Below, in pieces: positions 18,546 through 27,328 of a stretch of DNA of 64,000 bases. The notes under the pieces are model-generated. The model had not been told where the DNA came from and ran no database searches. It worked only from the letters and a program-made list of their open reading frames with translations. Numbering within the stretch: the first letter of the stretch is position 1; each line of letters opens with the position of its first letter. Source of the DNA: a virus; the IMG/VR virus record IMGVR_UViG_3300047470_000115, positions 15,488 to 79,487 of that record, one strand, 5' to 3'. Both the position numbers and the translations under genes were made by a program.

Positions 18546-20717
18546 ATGGCATTGCCGGGAAACCTGACACTGCGTCCGGTTCAGGGTACTTACCTCAATC
18601 TAGAGGGTACGCCCTTGACCGGCACGATCGAGTTCACGATCGAGCCGATCCTCACTGATCCGACAGCGGGTGTCGTGATCATCCCGACAGCGCTGATCGC
18701 GAAGCTCGACGCGAACGGATTCTTCACCAAGTCGATCCTCACCACAGACGATCCCGACACTGACCCAACCGGGTTCAGGTACAAGGTCGTCGAGAAGTTC
18801 AACGGCGCGACAGGTCGAACCTTCTATCTGGATGTACCAGGTGACTCGGCCACCCCGATCGACCTCTCGACTGTCGCGGTAACGGCACCGCCTTCGGGGG
18901 GTAGCACCTCGTACGCAACGGCCGCTGCCCTGACCGCCGAGATTGGCGCCAGGCAGTCAGGTGACAATGACCTGATTGCGCGCTCGTATGACATCGTCAA
19001 CGCTGGCGGCTTCCCGTACTACGTCAAGTGTGACGACGTCACTGACGACACGAGCGCACTACAGACGGCGCTGTATTCGTGCCCCGAGGGCGGAACGGTC
19101 TATGTGCCGGTTGGCAAGTGCCGCACGAGTGTACCCATCATTATTCCGCCTCACGTCACGTTCCAGCAGAGCCACGCGAACGGTGAGCAACTCCCGACTG
19201 ACACGGCACCCAGGTCTTGCATCAAGCCTCTCGCTAGCTTCGTCGGCGACGCGGTAATCAAGATCAACGACAAGCTCACGGGCGGTTACGCCGACGAGTC
19301 GCGCGAGCAGCGCCTGTACAACGTCAGCATCGACGGTAGTGCAGTGCCGGGCGGGACCGCAGTCGATGGCATCAAGATCTACGGGTACGTGCAGTCGGTC
19401 GAGCTGCGAGACGTGTGCATCTGGAAGGTGACAGGCAACGGCATCATCTGCCTGGTCAACGGTTCGGTCACGTCGGGCTCGCAGGCGCCGCTCGCGATGA
19501 AGTGGCAGCGCGTCATCGCGTACGAGGTCGGAGCAACAGGCTTCATTGCCTTCAACTGCACTGACTGCACCTTCACGGATGTCCTCGCCCTTGGCTGTAA
19601 CGGTGACGGCTGGTACATCGAGGGTCCGGCGAACAGCACCTTCGCCGAGTGCCGCGCCGAGTGGTCGTCGGGTGAGGGCTTCAAGATCCAGCCGAAGTTC
19701 GGTCCTGTGACGCTGACCGGCTGCAGTACTGACCGTAACGACAAGAACGGCATCAGCATCATCGGTGGCGACTGGGACAGCTCGGTCATCATCAGTGGAG
19801 TCAGGCTTAACCGCGATGGTCGCAACGGAGGCGCCGGGGGAGGCGGGTATTCTGGCCTTCGCGTGGACAGCAATTGCCCGGTCCTGGTCAGCGGCATCAT
19901 GGTCAACGCGCGCCGTGACGACAACGTCACGGGTCCTCTCGGGCCGGACTATGCCGTGTCCGCCATCAATTCGCAAGAGGTTGTACTTCACTCTGGTTAC
20001 CTCAACGCGATCCTCGGAGGCGTCAACGACCTGGGTGGCAACTCCACACTTCTTCGAGGCATCAACGTCGAGGAGAAGATCGGAAACATGATCGGCTCGG
20101 CCACCGTTCGTAAGCGCGGTGTGCGAGCTGACCTGACCTCGGTCGCCTTCTTCGACACAGCAGGTGTCGAGACGAACCTGCTTCGTCCGGCGGTGCCTGT
20201 ATCTACAGATCAGAACGTCGCGGCTTGGTCGGCAGACTTCGCGCTGGTGACGTCTGGTGCGCAGATCACTGCGGGGCAGATTCACCTAACAAAGGTCATC
20301 CTGTCTTCGCCGCGCAGCATCAGCAAGCTGGCGCACCACGTATTCACGGCAGGTGCCACGCTGACGGCAGCGCAGAACCTCATCGGGCTGTATGACGCCA
20401 CAGGTCTGAAGCTCGCACAGTGTGCCGACCAAGCCACAGCCTGGACGACTGTCGGCTACAAGAACCCAGCCCTTGTGGGCGGAGCCCTGAACCTCGCGGC
20501 AGGTGTGTACTACGTCGCGCTGCTTTCGAACGGTACGACTCCACCGTTTATCTCTCGAGTCGGTTCGGGCGCCGGTTCGCTGATGAACGCAGAGCTCGCC
20601 GCCACGGCGGTACGATCTGCAACCTACGGCACAGGACAGACCACGCTACCGACAAACCTGACCATGGCGAGCATGGCTGTCAACTCGGCCCTGTTCGCCG
20701 TCGGTCTGGTCGCGTAA
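18546..20717 (+). CDS. tail spike/fibre with pectate-lyase-like right-handed beta-helix (depolymerase)
   Basis: Fibre-anchor-like N-terminus; DDVTDDTSALQTAL...GGTVYVPVG beta-helix cap; repeated xGxGF/I rungs. Confidence 0.85.
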   Translation: MALPGNLTLRPVQGTYLNLEGTPLTGTIEFTIEPILTDPTAGVVIIPTALIAKLDANGFFTKSILTTDDPDTDPTGFRYKVVEKFNGATGRTFYLDVPGDSATPIDLSTVAVTAPPSGGSTSYATAAALTAEIGARQSGDNDLIARSYDIVNAGGFPYYVKCDDVTDDTSALQTALYSCPEGGTVYVPVGKCRTSVPIIIPPHVTFQQSHANGEQLPTDTAPRSCIKPLASFVGDAVIKINDKLTGGYADESREQRLYNVSIDGSAVPGGTAVDGIKIYGYVQSVELRDVCIWKVTGNGIICLVNGSVTSGSQAPLAMKWQRVIAYEVGATGFIAFNCTDCTFTDVLALGCNGDGWYIEGPANSTFAECRAEWSSGEGFKIQPKFGPVTLTGCSTDRNDKNGISIIGGDWDSSVIISGVRLNRDGRNGGAGGGGYSGLRVDSNCPVLVSGIMVNARRDDNVTGPLGPDYAVSAINSQEVVLHSGYLNAILGGVNDLGGNSTLLRGINVEEKIGNMIGSATVRKRGVRADLTSVAFFDTAGVETNLLRPAVPVSTDQNVAAWSADFALVTSGAQITAGQIHLTKVILSSPRSISKLAHHVFTAGATLTAAQNLIGLYDATGLKLAQCADQATAWTTVGYKNPALVGGALNLAAGVYYVALLSNGTTPPFISRVGSGAGSLMNAELAATAVRSATYGTGQTTLPTNLTMASMAVNSALFAVGLVA

Positions 20718-20781
20718 GGAACGGATCTAGACGGGGGAGAGGGGTGTGGTACTGAAAGTGCGCATGTAACGGGAGGACTGC

Positions 20782-21114
20782 GTGAACGAGGTTATGCAAC
20801 TCCTTCCGTCGCTCGCAGTACCCGGCAGTGCATTGGGTGCGCTGGCAATCGGCATCGTGTCACTGCTGCGGGTACGAAGTACGGACAGAGACGCACTATC
20901 AACTTCACAGCGAACCTATATCGAGATGGTCGAGAAGGCTCGCAACGACGCCGAGGCTAGAGCTCAGCGTTACATCGATCAAGTTGATGCCGAACGACAG
21001 AAGAGAATCGAGACCGAGTATTCACTGGCCACCTCGGAGGCTACTAAGGGGGAGCTTCAGCGCCAGGTGGAACGCCTGCAGGAGCTTCTACAGCAAAGTA
21101 GACCTCGTGAGTAA
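20782..21114 (+). CDS. membrane-anchored coiled-coil protein (lysis accessory-like)
   Basis: GGAGG RBS; N-terminal TM helix followed by coiled coil. Confidence 0.65.
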   Translation: MNEVMQLLPSLAVPGSALGALAIGIVSLLRVRSTDRDALSTSQRTYIEMVEKARNDAEARAQRYIDQVDAERQKRIETEYSLATSEATKGELQRQVERLQELLQQSRPRE

Positions 21115-21907
21115 CGCCAAACATAAGACTCGGAGTGGTGACAGGATGAGTGCCTTGAAGGTCGTGGACAGGTGGTGGAGTAGGCGGGCGCCCATATTCT
21201 TGGGCGGGGCACTCCTTGTTCTCGCTACCATGACGGTGATGCTCTATATCGGTCAGCTTCAGAGTGCTGATGCTAACAGCAGGCAGACCGATCAGATCGC
21301 GAGCCTCGCAAAGGCGCTCGATGATCAGCGCGAAGCAGCTCGCGAGGGTGGCGCCAAGGTTGTAGCGCCTCCCGCATCCAAGATCAAGGAAGACCCCAAC
21401 ATCATTGAGGGGGTCAAGGGCGACAAGGGAGACACTGGTGCATCAGGAGCGTCCGGCCCGTCAGGGCCTCCCGGGCCCTCGGGTCCGCCTGGACCATCCG
21501 GCACGCCCGGCTCAGAGGGAAGCGACGGGTCCAACGGGCAGAACGGCGCTAACGGAGCTGATGGAACAGACGGCTCGAATGGTGCGGACGGCGTGGGACA
21601 AGTTGGTCCAACTGGTCCGCCTGGCCCGACCGGCCCTGCAGGCAGCGATGGAGCGGATGGCAAGGATGGTGCAGATGGTAAAGACGGCAAGTCGCCATCT
21701 TCAATCCGCATCCCAGTCGGAGCGATCACGTACGTCTGTACGCCGACAGAGTCTGGCTCGACGGACTACACCTGCAGCCCGGAGGTCGGAGATGGCGGGT
21801 CTCAGGCGTCAGCAAACAAGTCAAGCCAGCTCCCCGTACCAGTACATCCCGCCGCGATACTCCCGGCCCTCGCGTTCATACGCAGGGTGAAAATGAGCTC
21901 GCGGTGA
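21107..21907 (+). CDS. membrane-anchored collagen-like (Gly-X-Y) protein
   Basis: GTG overlaps the upstream stop; TM helix, coiled coil, about 30 G-X-Y triplets, YVC...YTC. Confidence 0.8.
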   Translation: MSNAKHKTRSGDRMSALKVVDRWWSRRAPIFLGGALLVLATMTVMLYIGQLQSADANSRQTDQIASLAKALDDQREAAREGGAKVVAPPASKIKEDPNIIEGVKGDKGDTGASGASGPSGPPGPSGPPGPSGTPGSEGSDGSNGQNGANGADGTDGSNGADGVGQVGPTGPPGPTGPAGSDGADGKDGADGKDGKSPSSIRIPVGAITYVCTPTESGSTDYTCSPEVGDGGSQASANKSSQLPVPVHPAAILPALAFIRRVKMSSR

Positions 21908-22157
21908 TTGCGTGGTTCAAGGCCGAGTGGGAGTTCCTTCTCTGGAGGATCAACTTCCGAAGGTACTGTCAGCAGTGTGACGAGATTTACGATTGGCCCA
22001 CAGGGAAGCACAAGACCTGCACCTGTGCCGGGTTCTGGCGAATTTGATCAGGCCGTGAAGAGCTTGTAAAGATAATGCCAGTACGTGTCACCCGAATGCA
22101 AATTCGGATTGTTCCCCATTTGATACGAAGTCGGAACAATGTTCTTGCGGAAACCAC

Positions 22158-22185
22158 TAGACAATGGGTCAACAGGGGGTAATAT
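22158..22185 (+). promoter_or_regulatory. possible sigma70/HrdB-type promoter TAGACA-N16-TAATAT
   Basis: AT-rich intergenic island; points towards the convergent terminator. Confidence 0.35.
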
Positions 22186-22227
22186 ATTACCAGCAGGTAG
22201 GACACGTGGGACAGGTGACACCAGCAG

Positions 22228-22284
22228 AGATGACCCACCATGCGCTTTCCTCCGAGTGCGCATGGTGGGTCATCTTCTGTTTCG
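22228..22284. terminator. strong hairpin between the convergent late and early operons
   Basis: 18-bp perfect stem agatgacccaccatgcgc/gcgcatggtgggtcatct, 12-nt loop, T-rich 3' side on the + strand. Confidence 0.75.
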
Positions 22285-22316
22285 AAGTCTTCTTATTGAG
22301 CGTATGGCTTGCGCTC

Positions 22317-22583
22317 TTACGGCTCCTCGCTGTCCAGCTGTATCACCTTGCCGAACTCGCCAAGTGCGCCGATCAGCTCTTCATCCCGTTCGGTCTCGGT
22401 CATCCCAGGGCGCAACCGTTCCATCAGGACGCGATACACCTTCCAGGCGAACTCGTACTCCGCGCTGTTGGGGTAGTCTTCGAGCTTCGGCATCGGAGGC
22501 AGTATCGGGGGAGGTGGATCGGGCAGCTTCGCGGGCTGTAATGCACTGAAGCTGGTACCAGTCTCCGATGGCTTCGAGCTCAT
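22317..22583 (-). CDS. hypothetical protein
   Basis: ORF in tightly packed minus-strand operon; GGAG RBS. Confidence 0.6.
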   Translation of the reverse strand: MSSKPSETGTSFSALQPAKLPDPPPPILPPMPKLEDYPNSAEYEFAWKVYRVLMERLRPGMTETERDEELIGALGEFGKVIQLDSEEP

Positions 22584-22598
22584 CGAGTATGACTCCGT

Positions 22599-22817
22599 TC
22601 ATTCCGACCTTGCCTCCTGGTACGGGATCTCCTCGCCCTCGTATCCGACGTACGGCTCGATGATCCCACGTACTGTGATGTGATGACCGCACTTCTTCTG
22701 GCCAGGAACCTTGCCAGCCTCCGTGGTGACGACAGATCGCCACTCGCGATCACCATCAGACGGCAGGATCACGAGATCGCCGATCTCTAGATCCTCGATG
22801 GCCTTCTTGATGGCCAT
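22599..22817 (-). CDS. hypothetical protein (SH3/KOW-like EDLEIGDLV start)
   Basis: Coupled start; GGGAGAGG RBS. Confidence 0.65.
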   Translation of the reverse strand: MAIKKAIEDLEIGDLVILPSDGDREWRSVVTTEAGKVPGQKKCGHHITVRGIIEPYVGYEGEEIPYQEARSE

Positions 22818-23074
22818 CAGAACGTTTGCCTCTCCCGAATGCCCGGGGTCGACGTGTCCCCGGCGTGGGAGTGGTTGATGGGGGAGTCCTCCATGTCCGC
22901 CGTGACGGCCGGTGTTTCCCGCCCTTCGAGCAGCTTCTGCGCTCGCGTTACGCGACTGTCACCCGTCGGATGGTGCTGACAGGTCTGACAGTTCCGACCG
23001 TACTCGCCCGGCTTGCCGCAGTGGAGACTCTGGTCCCCGGTAGTGGCGGCATCCATACAGCCCTGACACATCAT
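22817..23074 (-). CDS. small Cys/His-rich protein
   Basis: AGGAGG RBS; CxxC...HC...CxxCxH. Confidence 0.65.
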   Translation of the reverse strand: MMCQGCMDAATTGDQSLHCGKPGEYGRNCQTCQHHPTGDSRVTRAQKLLEGRETPAVTADMEDSPINHSHAGDTSTPGIRERQTF

Positions 23075-23082
23075 GAGTCCTC

Positions 23083-23277
23083 CTAGGAGGCGTCGTTGTT
23101 CATGCTGGCGAGGCGACGCTCGACAGGAAAGGGGATGACGGTGGCGAGCGGACGAGTGTCCCAGTGACTCGCATGCGCCATCATGAGGCCGTCCACGTAC
23201 CTTGACTCCGTCTTGAGTGCCCTCAGAACGGTCCTGGGCGCTATCTTGACTCCCTGACCCATACGCAGTACAGCCAT
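23083..23277 (-). CDS. hypothetical protein
   Basis: Fills the operon gap, with RBS. Confidence 0.55.
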   Translation of the reverse strand: MAVLRMGQGVKIAPRTVLRALKTESRYVDGLMMAHASHWDTRPLATVIPFPVERRLASMNNDAS

Positions 23278-23279
23278 GG

Positions 23280-24443
23280 TTATCCCTTCTTCTCCTTGAA
23301 GTCGAGCGACATCGGCTTCGCAGTGCGCTTGCGAAGTTCCTTTAGACTGACGACCTGCTCGGGGGAGAGCCGCTCGTCGTTGAGCATCCTCTTGTGACCG
23401 GCCGTGCCGATCTTTGCGTACTCGAAGTAGACTTTATCGCCAACGAGTGCCCGCACGTCTTCCTCGATCACGAACGACGTGTAATGAGCTTTCATGCGAG
23501 CTTCGAGCTCGGTTCCGTCTTCCTTTGTGTGGTACAGTTCGCTATCCTCGTCAGCGTCCACGCGAGCCTGCAGGAGCTGCTCGATCTCCGTTAGGGCCGA
23601 CGCGATCATCGAAGAGGTACTCTTGAGTTCTACAGCGCGCACCAGAATCTGCTCGTCCGTGAGGCCGTGAATCCCACCAGCCTCCTTGTGCTTACGGAAC
23701 GAACCGCAGTTGTTCTTCTTAACGCAGAACCCGCACTCGGGGTTGATCGTCTCCTTGATGTCCTCGTCTTCGAGGGCAAGCAAGTACTTTACCCGGCCCT
23801 GCAACCAGCGCCAGCATTCCGCTAGGTCCCGCTCGTTGAAGTAAACCCCGACCTCGGTGTATCTGAGCTGATCGTACACGACGTGTACGCGCTTGACGTC
23901 GGGGTAAAGAATCTTCGTCGCGACAGCGTAGATGCGCGCCTGGGTTGTTCTCTTGACGTCTTCGGGGTAGAGCTTCTTTTGCCACGACTTGTAGTCGACA
24001 ACTCGCATCGTGGTCTCATCGATCCGGTCGAGACGGTCGATGATGAAGTTGCAAGGCACCTCCCCCGCGGAAGTGCTAACCTGCACCGTCCTCTTTGACT
24101 CAAGAGAAACCACCTCGAATTCCCAGGGCGCCTTGTTCCGCTTGAACCAGGTACGCATCATGGCGACGCCGTCCTGATACTGCGGAAGCTCGAACTCGTG
24201 ATCCTTGAAGATCTTCAGGTAATACATCTGATAGAAGTCAAGGAGCGTCTGCTCGGTGTGCGGGTGGCTGCCATTGATCACGGCCGTCTTGACGAACCAC
24301 TCAAGAGCAGAGTGGCACACGGTACCGAGATCGGCGGCCGAGCTGCTGAAGCCTCGACCGCCGATTACGTTCTCCGCGTACCACCGTGATGTGCACAGCC
24401 CCGCCGTCAAGAGTGCTGTCGGACTTACGGAGCGGAACTTCAT
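23280..24443 (-). CDS. RecB-family/Cas4-like PD-(D/E)XK exonuclease
   Basis: GTVCHSALE; IIDRLD...VVDYKS; QARIYA; C-terminal CGFC...C cluster. Start placed at the coupled ATG (MKFRSVS). Confidence 0.85.
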   Translation of the reverse strand: MKFRSVSPTALLTAGLCTSRWYAENVIGGRGFSSSAADLGTVCHSALEWFVKTAVINGSHPHTEQTLLDFYQMYYLKIFKDHEFELPQYQDGVAMMRTWFKRNKAPWEFEVVSLESKRTVQVSTSAGEVPCNFIIDRLDRIDETTMRVVDYKSWQKKLYPEDVKRTTQARIYAVATKILYPDVKRVHVVYDQLRYTEVGVYFNERDLAECWRWLQGRVKYLLALEDEDIKETINPECGFCVKKNNCGSFRKHKEAGGIHGLTDEQILVRAVELKSTSSMIASALTEIEQLLQARVDADEDSELYHTKEDGTELEARMKAHYTSFVIEEDVRALVGDKVYFEYAKIGTAGHKRMLNDERLSPEQVVSLKELRKRTAKPMSLDFKEKKG

Positions 24444-24688
24444 TAGCTCGCCTTCTTTGTGCCTTGCTTCTTCGTTGCACTCCCCCGACGAATTATTCCG
24501 CCAGCCCATACGCCGTACTCAGGCTTAACGCTCAAGCGCAATTCTTTGCACTCAAGCCTGACCGGACACCAGAAGCACGTTTCCATCGCACTTCGATACC
24601 CCTGGCCGCGTTCCGGGAAGAACGCATCGCGGTATACCTCGTCACGCCTGCGAGAAGGCGCCGACCCCAGGCAGGCCGCTCGATCCAT
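24443..24688 (-). CDS. whiB: WhiB-family Fe-S transcription factor
   Basis: AAC...FFP...C..CPVR.EC...GVWAG and a basic C-terminus. Confidence 0.9.
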   Translation of the reverse strand: MDRAACLGSAPSRRRDEVYRDAFFPERGQGYRSAMETCFWCPVRLECKELRLSVKPEYGVWAGGIIRRGSATKKQGTKKAS

Positions 24689-24729
24689 CCACTGGAGTTC
24701 GGATGAGCGCTGCGCGGGAAGCGAGTACC

Positions 24730-25041
24730 CTACTCCGTCGGAGTCTTGTCCTTCGTCAGGCTGGCCTTCTCCGCATTCGCAGGGTCCGCCTCGCTCGCCG
24801 GGTTCGCACCCTTGTCGCTGATCGGCGGAGAGGTAGGCGCAGATGCCGGTGCAGATGAGGGGGCAACTTTTGGGTCAGCACCATCTCCCGTCTCTCCCCC
24901 GTCGGCGACCGTGGCCTCGTCCTCATCGGGAGCGCTAGCAGGAAGCACGGCTGGGGAGAAATCTTTCAGGCCGTCGTTGTCCGCGTTCGCCGTAAGAAAG
25001 GTGAACGGCACAACCACGCGAGGAAACTTGATGTCGGACAT
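24730..25041 (-). CDS. Ala/Pro/Asp-rich hypothetical protein
   Basis: MSDIKFPRV start after AAGGA; GC3 bias. Confidence 0.6.
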   Translation of the reverse strand: MSDIKFPRVVVPFTFLTANADNDGLKDFSPAVLPASAPDEDEATVADGGETGDGADPKVAPSSAPASAPTSPPISDKGANPASEADPANAEKASLTKDKTPTE

Positions 25042-25074
25042 ATTCGGCCTGAATCCTTTCGATGGTGCACTTAC

Positions 25075-25113
25075 ACAACAGCACCAGCTCCCTGAATGAG
25101 CTGGTGCTGTTGT
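25075..25113 (-). terminator. 16-bp hairpin downstream of the methylase
   Basis: acaacagcaccagctc / gagctggtgctgttgt. Confidence 0.65.
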
Positions 25114-25139
25114 ATGTGCCTGGTATGGTCTGTGCGTCG

Positions 25140-25880
25140 CTACAGGAGCTGGTCTCCAGTGTTGCGCCACTTTTCCATAGCGAGTTTGTGGTTTTTCTCG
25201 TCGTACTCGGTCGACACGCAGGATCTGTCGGTCGCTCGCGCCGCGCGTGCAGTCGCGTACGAGCCTCCATAGGGATCGACCACCAGCTCGCCGGGCTCCG
25301 TACTGAACTGGATCAGGTCAGTCAGAAGCTTCAGTGGCTTCTCGTGCGGATGGATGATCTTGCTGGAAGGAAGTTTCGGGCAGTCGATCACGGCACCTCG
25401 ACGGTCACCGTACATCGGCTTGCGACCCTTCTTGGCGTAGAGAATAAACTCCACGCCACTCCCCCACGTAGCCAAGTCCCCGATCCCAGGCGTCATCGCG
25501 CCGTTCTCCAGCCCCTTGCGCCAGATGAGCGTACGGGTGAACTTGAATCCGTGAGTCTTCTCGACCCATCCCCTCATCAGCTGCAGCCATTCCATCAGGA
25601 CGGCGTCGTTGCAGAAGACGTAGAGGTCACAGTGTTCTTTTGTCTTCGGAAGCAGCACATCCATGACAGACTTGAACGTAGCTTCCGCCTTCTCGAAAGT
25701 ATCGTCGTTCTCGATCTTCCGAGCGAACGTCTGACCCTCTGATGTGGTCGACATGTTCGAGTGGTTGTCCGACCCGAAGGGCGGGTCAGTCAAAACCAGG
25801 TCCACCGAGTCTGCAGGCAGTACGGCGAGCCGGTCTTCGGCCTTGCCCTGCCAGAGGCGGTGAAAAGGCTCGTTACTCAT
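25140..25880 (-). CDS. DNA N6-adenine/N4-cytosine methyltransferase (beta class)
   Basis: DSVDLVLTDPPF catalytic motif, HPHEKP, VVDPYGGS SAM-binding motif. Confidence 0.9.
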   Translation of the reverse strand: MSNEPFHRLWQGKAEDRLAVLPADSVDLVLTDPPFGSDNHSNMSTTSEGQTFARKIENDDTFEKAEATFKSVMDVLLPKTKEHCDLYVFCNDAVLMEWLQLMRGWVEKTHGFKFTRTLIWRKGLENGAMTPGIGDLATWGSGVEFILYAKKGRKPMYGDRRGAVIDCPKLPSSKIIHPHEKPLKLLTDLIQFSTEPGELVVDPYGGSYATARAARATDRSCVSTEYDEKNHKLAMEKWRNTGDQLL

Positions 25881-26017
25881 TGGCAAGAATCTCCACGGTT
25901 GGCGTAGCTCTCCCAAACGTGGCGGATGACCAACGTCTGGAGTATATGCGTTTTAGTCGGAGCGTGACAATCCGTTGGTACAACTCTGTCCGACCCCGAA
26001 ATGGTTGTACTCAATTA

Positions 26018-26527
26018 TCACAAAACTTCCACCAATTCATCACGGATCAGTTGCGGGACTAGGGAACGAATATCTTCATCCTCTACGACTCGCACGCCGA
26101 TGGCGACGTAGGGCTCAAGTTCTGGACCCTGCTCCAGGATGATCGAGCTGACCACCCGGTTCTGGTTGTCGTTGTGAAACAGGATGCCTTGCAGTGCATC
26201 CTCGACAGCCTTCTGCATGTTGGTCGCGTCAGCCTGGTGGGCACGCGACTTGCGAGTCCCTCCCCTGTGGATCTCGTCGAGCGACCTGACGAAGACGAAG
26301 GTCACGTCCATGTCATCTGCGAACGGGATGGTGATCCAGCGCTCCATCTCCTGCTGTACTGCAGACTGGAACGTCTTGAGGTCTTTGCTCGGCCGCATGT
26401 ATACGCGCTTCTTGCCGCCAGTCCCTGCCGCAAAGGCCACCTCGCCCGGCGTCCAGGGGACCGGGTTCAGGTTCAGAACGTACCACAGTCGCCCCTCGTG
26501 CCTGATGGGCTGCCTTAGCTTGGCCAT
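26018..26527 (-). CDS. rusA: RusA-like Holliday junction resolvase
   Basis: DATNMQKAVEDALQGILFHNDNQ matches the RusA DxDNxxKxxxDAL...DD pattern (divergent). Confidence 0.8.
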   Translation of the reverse strand: MAKLRQPIRHEGRLWYVLNLNPVPWTPGEVAFAAGTGGKKRVYMRPSKDLKTFQSAVQQEMERWITIPFADDMDVTFVFVRSLDEIHRGGTRKSRAHQADATNMQKAVEDALQGILFHNDNQNRVVSSIILEQGPELEPYVAIGVRVVEDEDIRSLVPQLIRDELVEVL

Positions 26528-26727
26528 GACTCGTCCTCCGTCGTGGGCAGGGGCTCCGTGGGAAGTGTAGCGGAAGATCCTACCGGAACGTGATTGTGCT
26601 CATTCCAGCAGTACCCGTGAAGAACTCTGAACTCGCAAGTGCCCCACTTGGCCTCTGCCTGACAGAGTGGAACACCATCCCCGTCATAGAACTTTGACTC
26701 TTCGGTTTCGTCGTCCCCTGCAGTCAC
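26515..26727 (-). CDS. small Cys/His protein
   Basis: Overlaps neighbours in operon fashion. Confidence 0.5.
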   Translation of the reverse strand: MTAGDDETEESKFYDGDGVPLCQAEAKWGTCEFRVLHGYCWNEHNHVPVGSSATLPTEPLPTTEDESWPS

Positions 26728-26820
26728 TTCTTTGCTCTCCGGGAATCGGCGGATTGGGTCACACGCAAGCCGGAGGGGCCGCTACACGCGGCCCCCGGCC
26801 GCCCTCCTGGGGCCCCTCCG

Positions 26821-27102
26821 CTACCCCCCACCCTGCATGGGCGGCAACGTCGGCAGCCCTGATGTGGGACGAGTTTTCGGTGGAGGTGTAGCTCTTTTGC
26901 CAGCCTCGACACGGATCGGCTTCTCGATCGTACCCTCCTCGTACTCCTTGAGGCGGGCCAGCAAGACGACGACGTGCGACATGAGCACGGCGTAGCGCAT
27001 CTCGCCCAGGGTCAGCGCGTGATTGCGATGCTCGACCAGTTCACCGCGAATCTGCTCGATCCCCTCGGGCGAGTAGTCGACTCCCTCGACCTCGACTGTC
27101 AC
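26821..27102 (-). CDS. hypothetical protein
   Basis: 4-bp overlap with upstream gene; GC3 bias. Confidence 0.65.
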   Translation of the reverse strand: MTVEVEGVDYSPEGIEQIRGELVEHRNHALTLGEMRYAVLMSHVVVLLARLKEYEEGTIEKPIRVEAGKRATPPPKTRPTSGLPTLPPMQGGG

Positions 27103-27317
27103 TTGTTCGTCACCACCTTGCTGTAGTAGTACCTGAACATACGAGTCGGCATGGCACCTGAATTACCCCCGGCAGTGTCGGCAGCGTAGAAAGTCTTACT
27201 ACCGATCACCTCCGTGACGAGTACCTTTCCAGTGCCATGGTTTGACGACCAGTATTCCCCTGGTTCGGGGATGTCTTCTGTGATGTCTGATGTCACGCGC
27301 GCCCGTCTCCCTGCCAT
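27099..27317 (-). CDS. hypothetical protein
   Basis: AGGGG RBS; PEPGEYW motif. Confidence 0.6.
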   Translation of the reverse strand: MAGRRARVTSDITEDIPEPGEYWSSNHGTGKVLVTEVIGSKTFYAADTAGGNSGAMPTRMFRYYYSKVVTNK

Positions 27318-27328
27318 GATTGCCCCTG

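Noticed and set aside
23280-24443. Cas4-like nuclease as a sign of a CRISPR system
   Set aside because: No repeat-spacer array or other cas genes in the window; solo RecB/Cas4-like nucleases are routine in actinophages.
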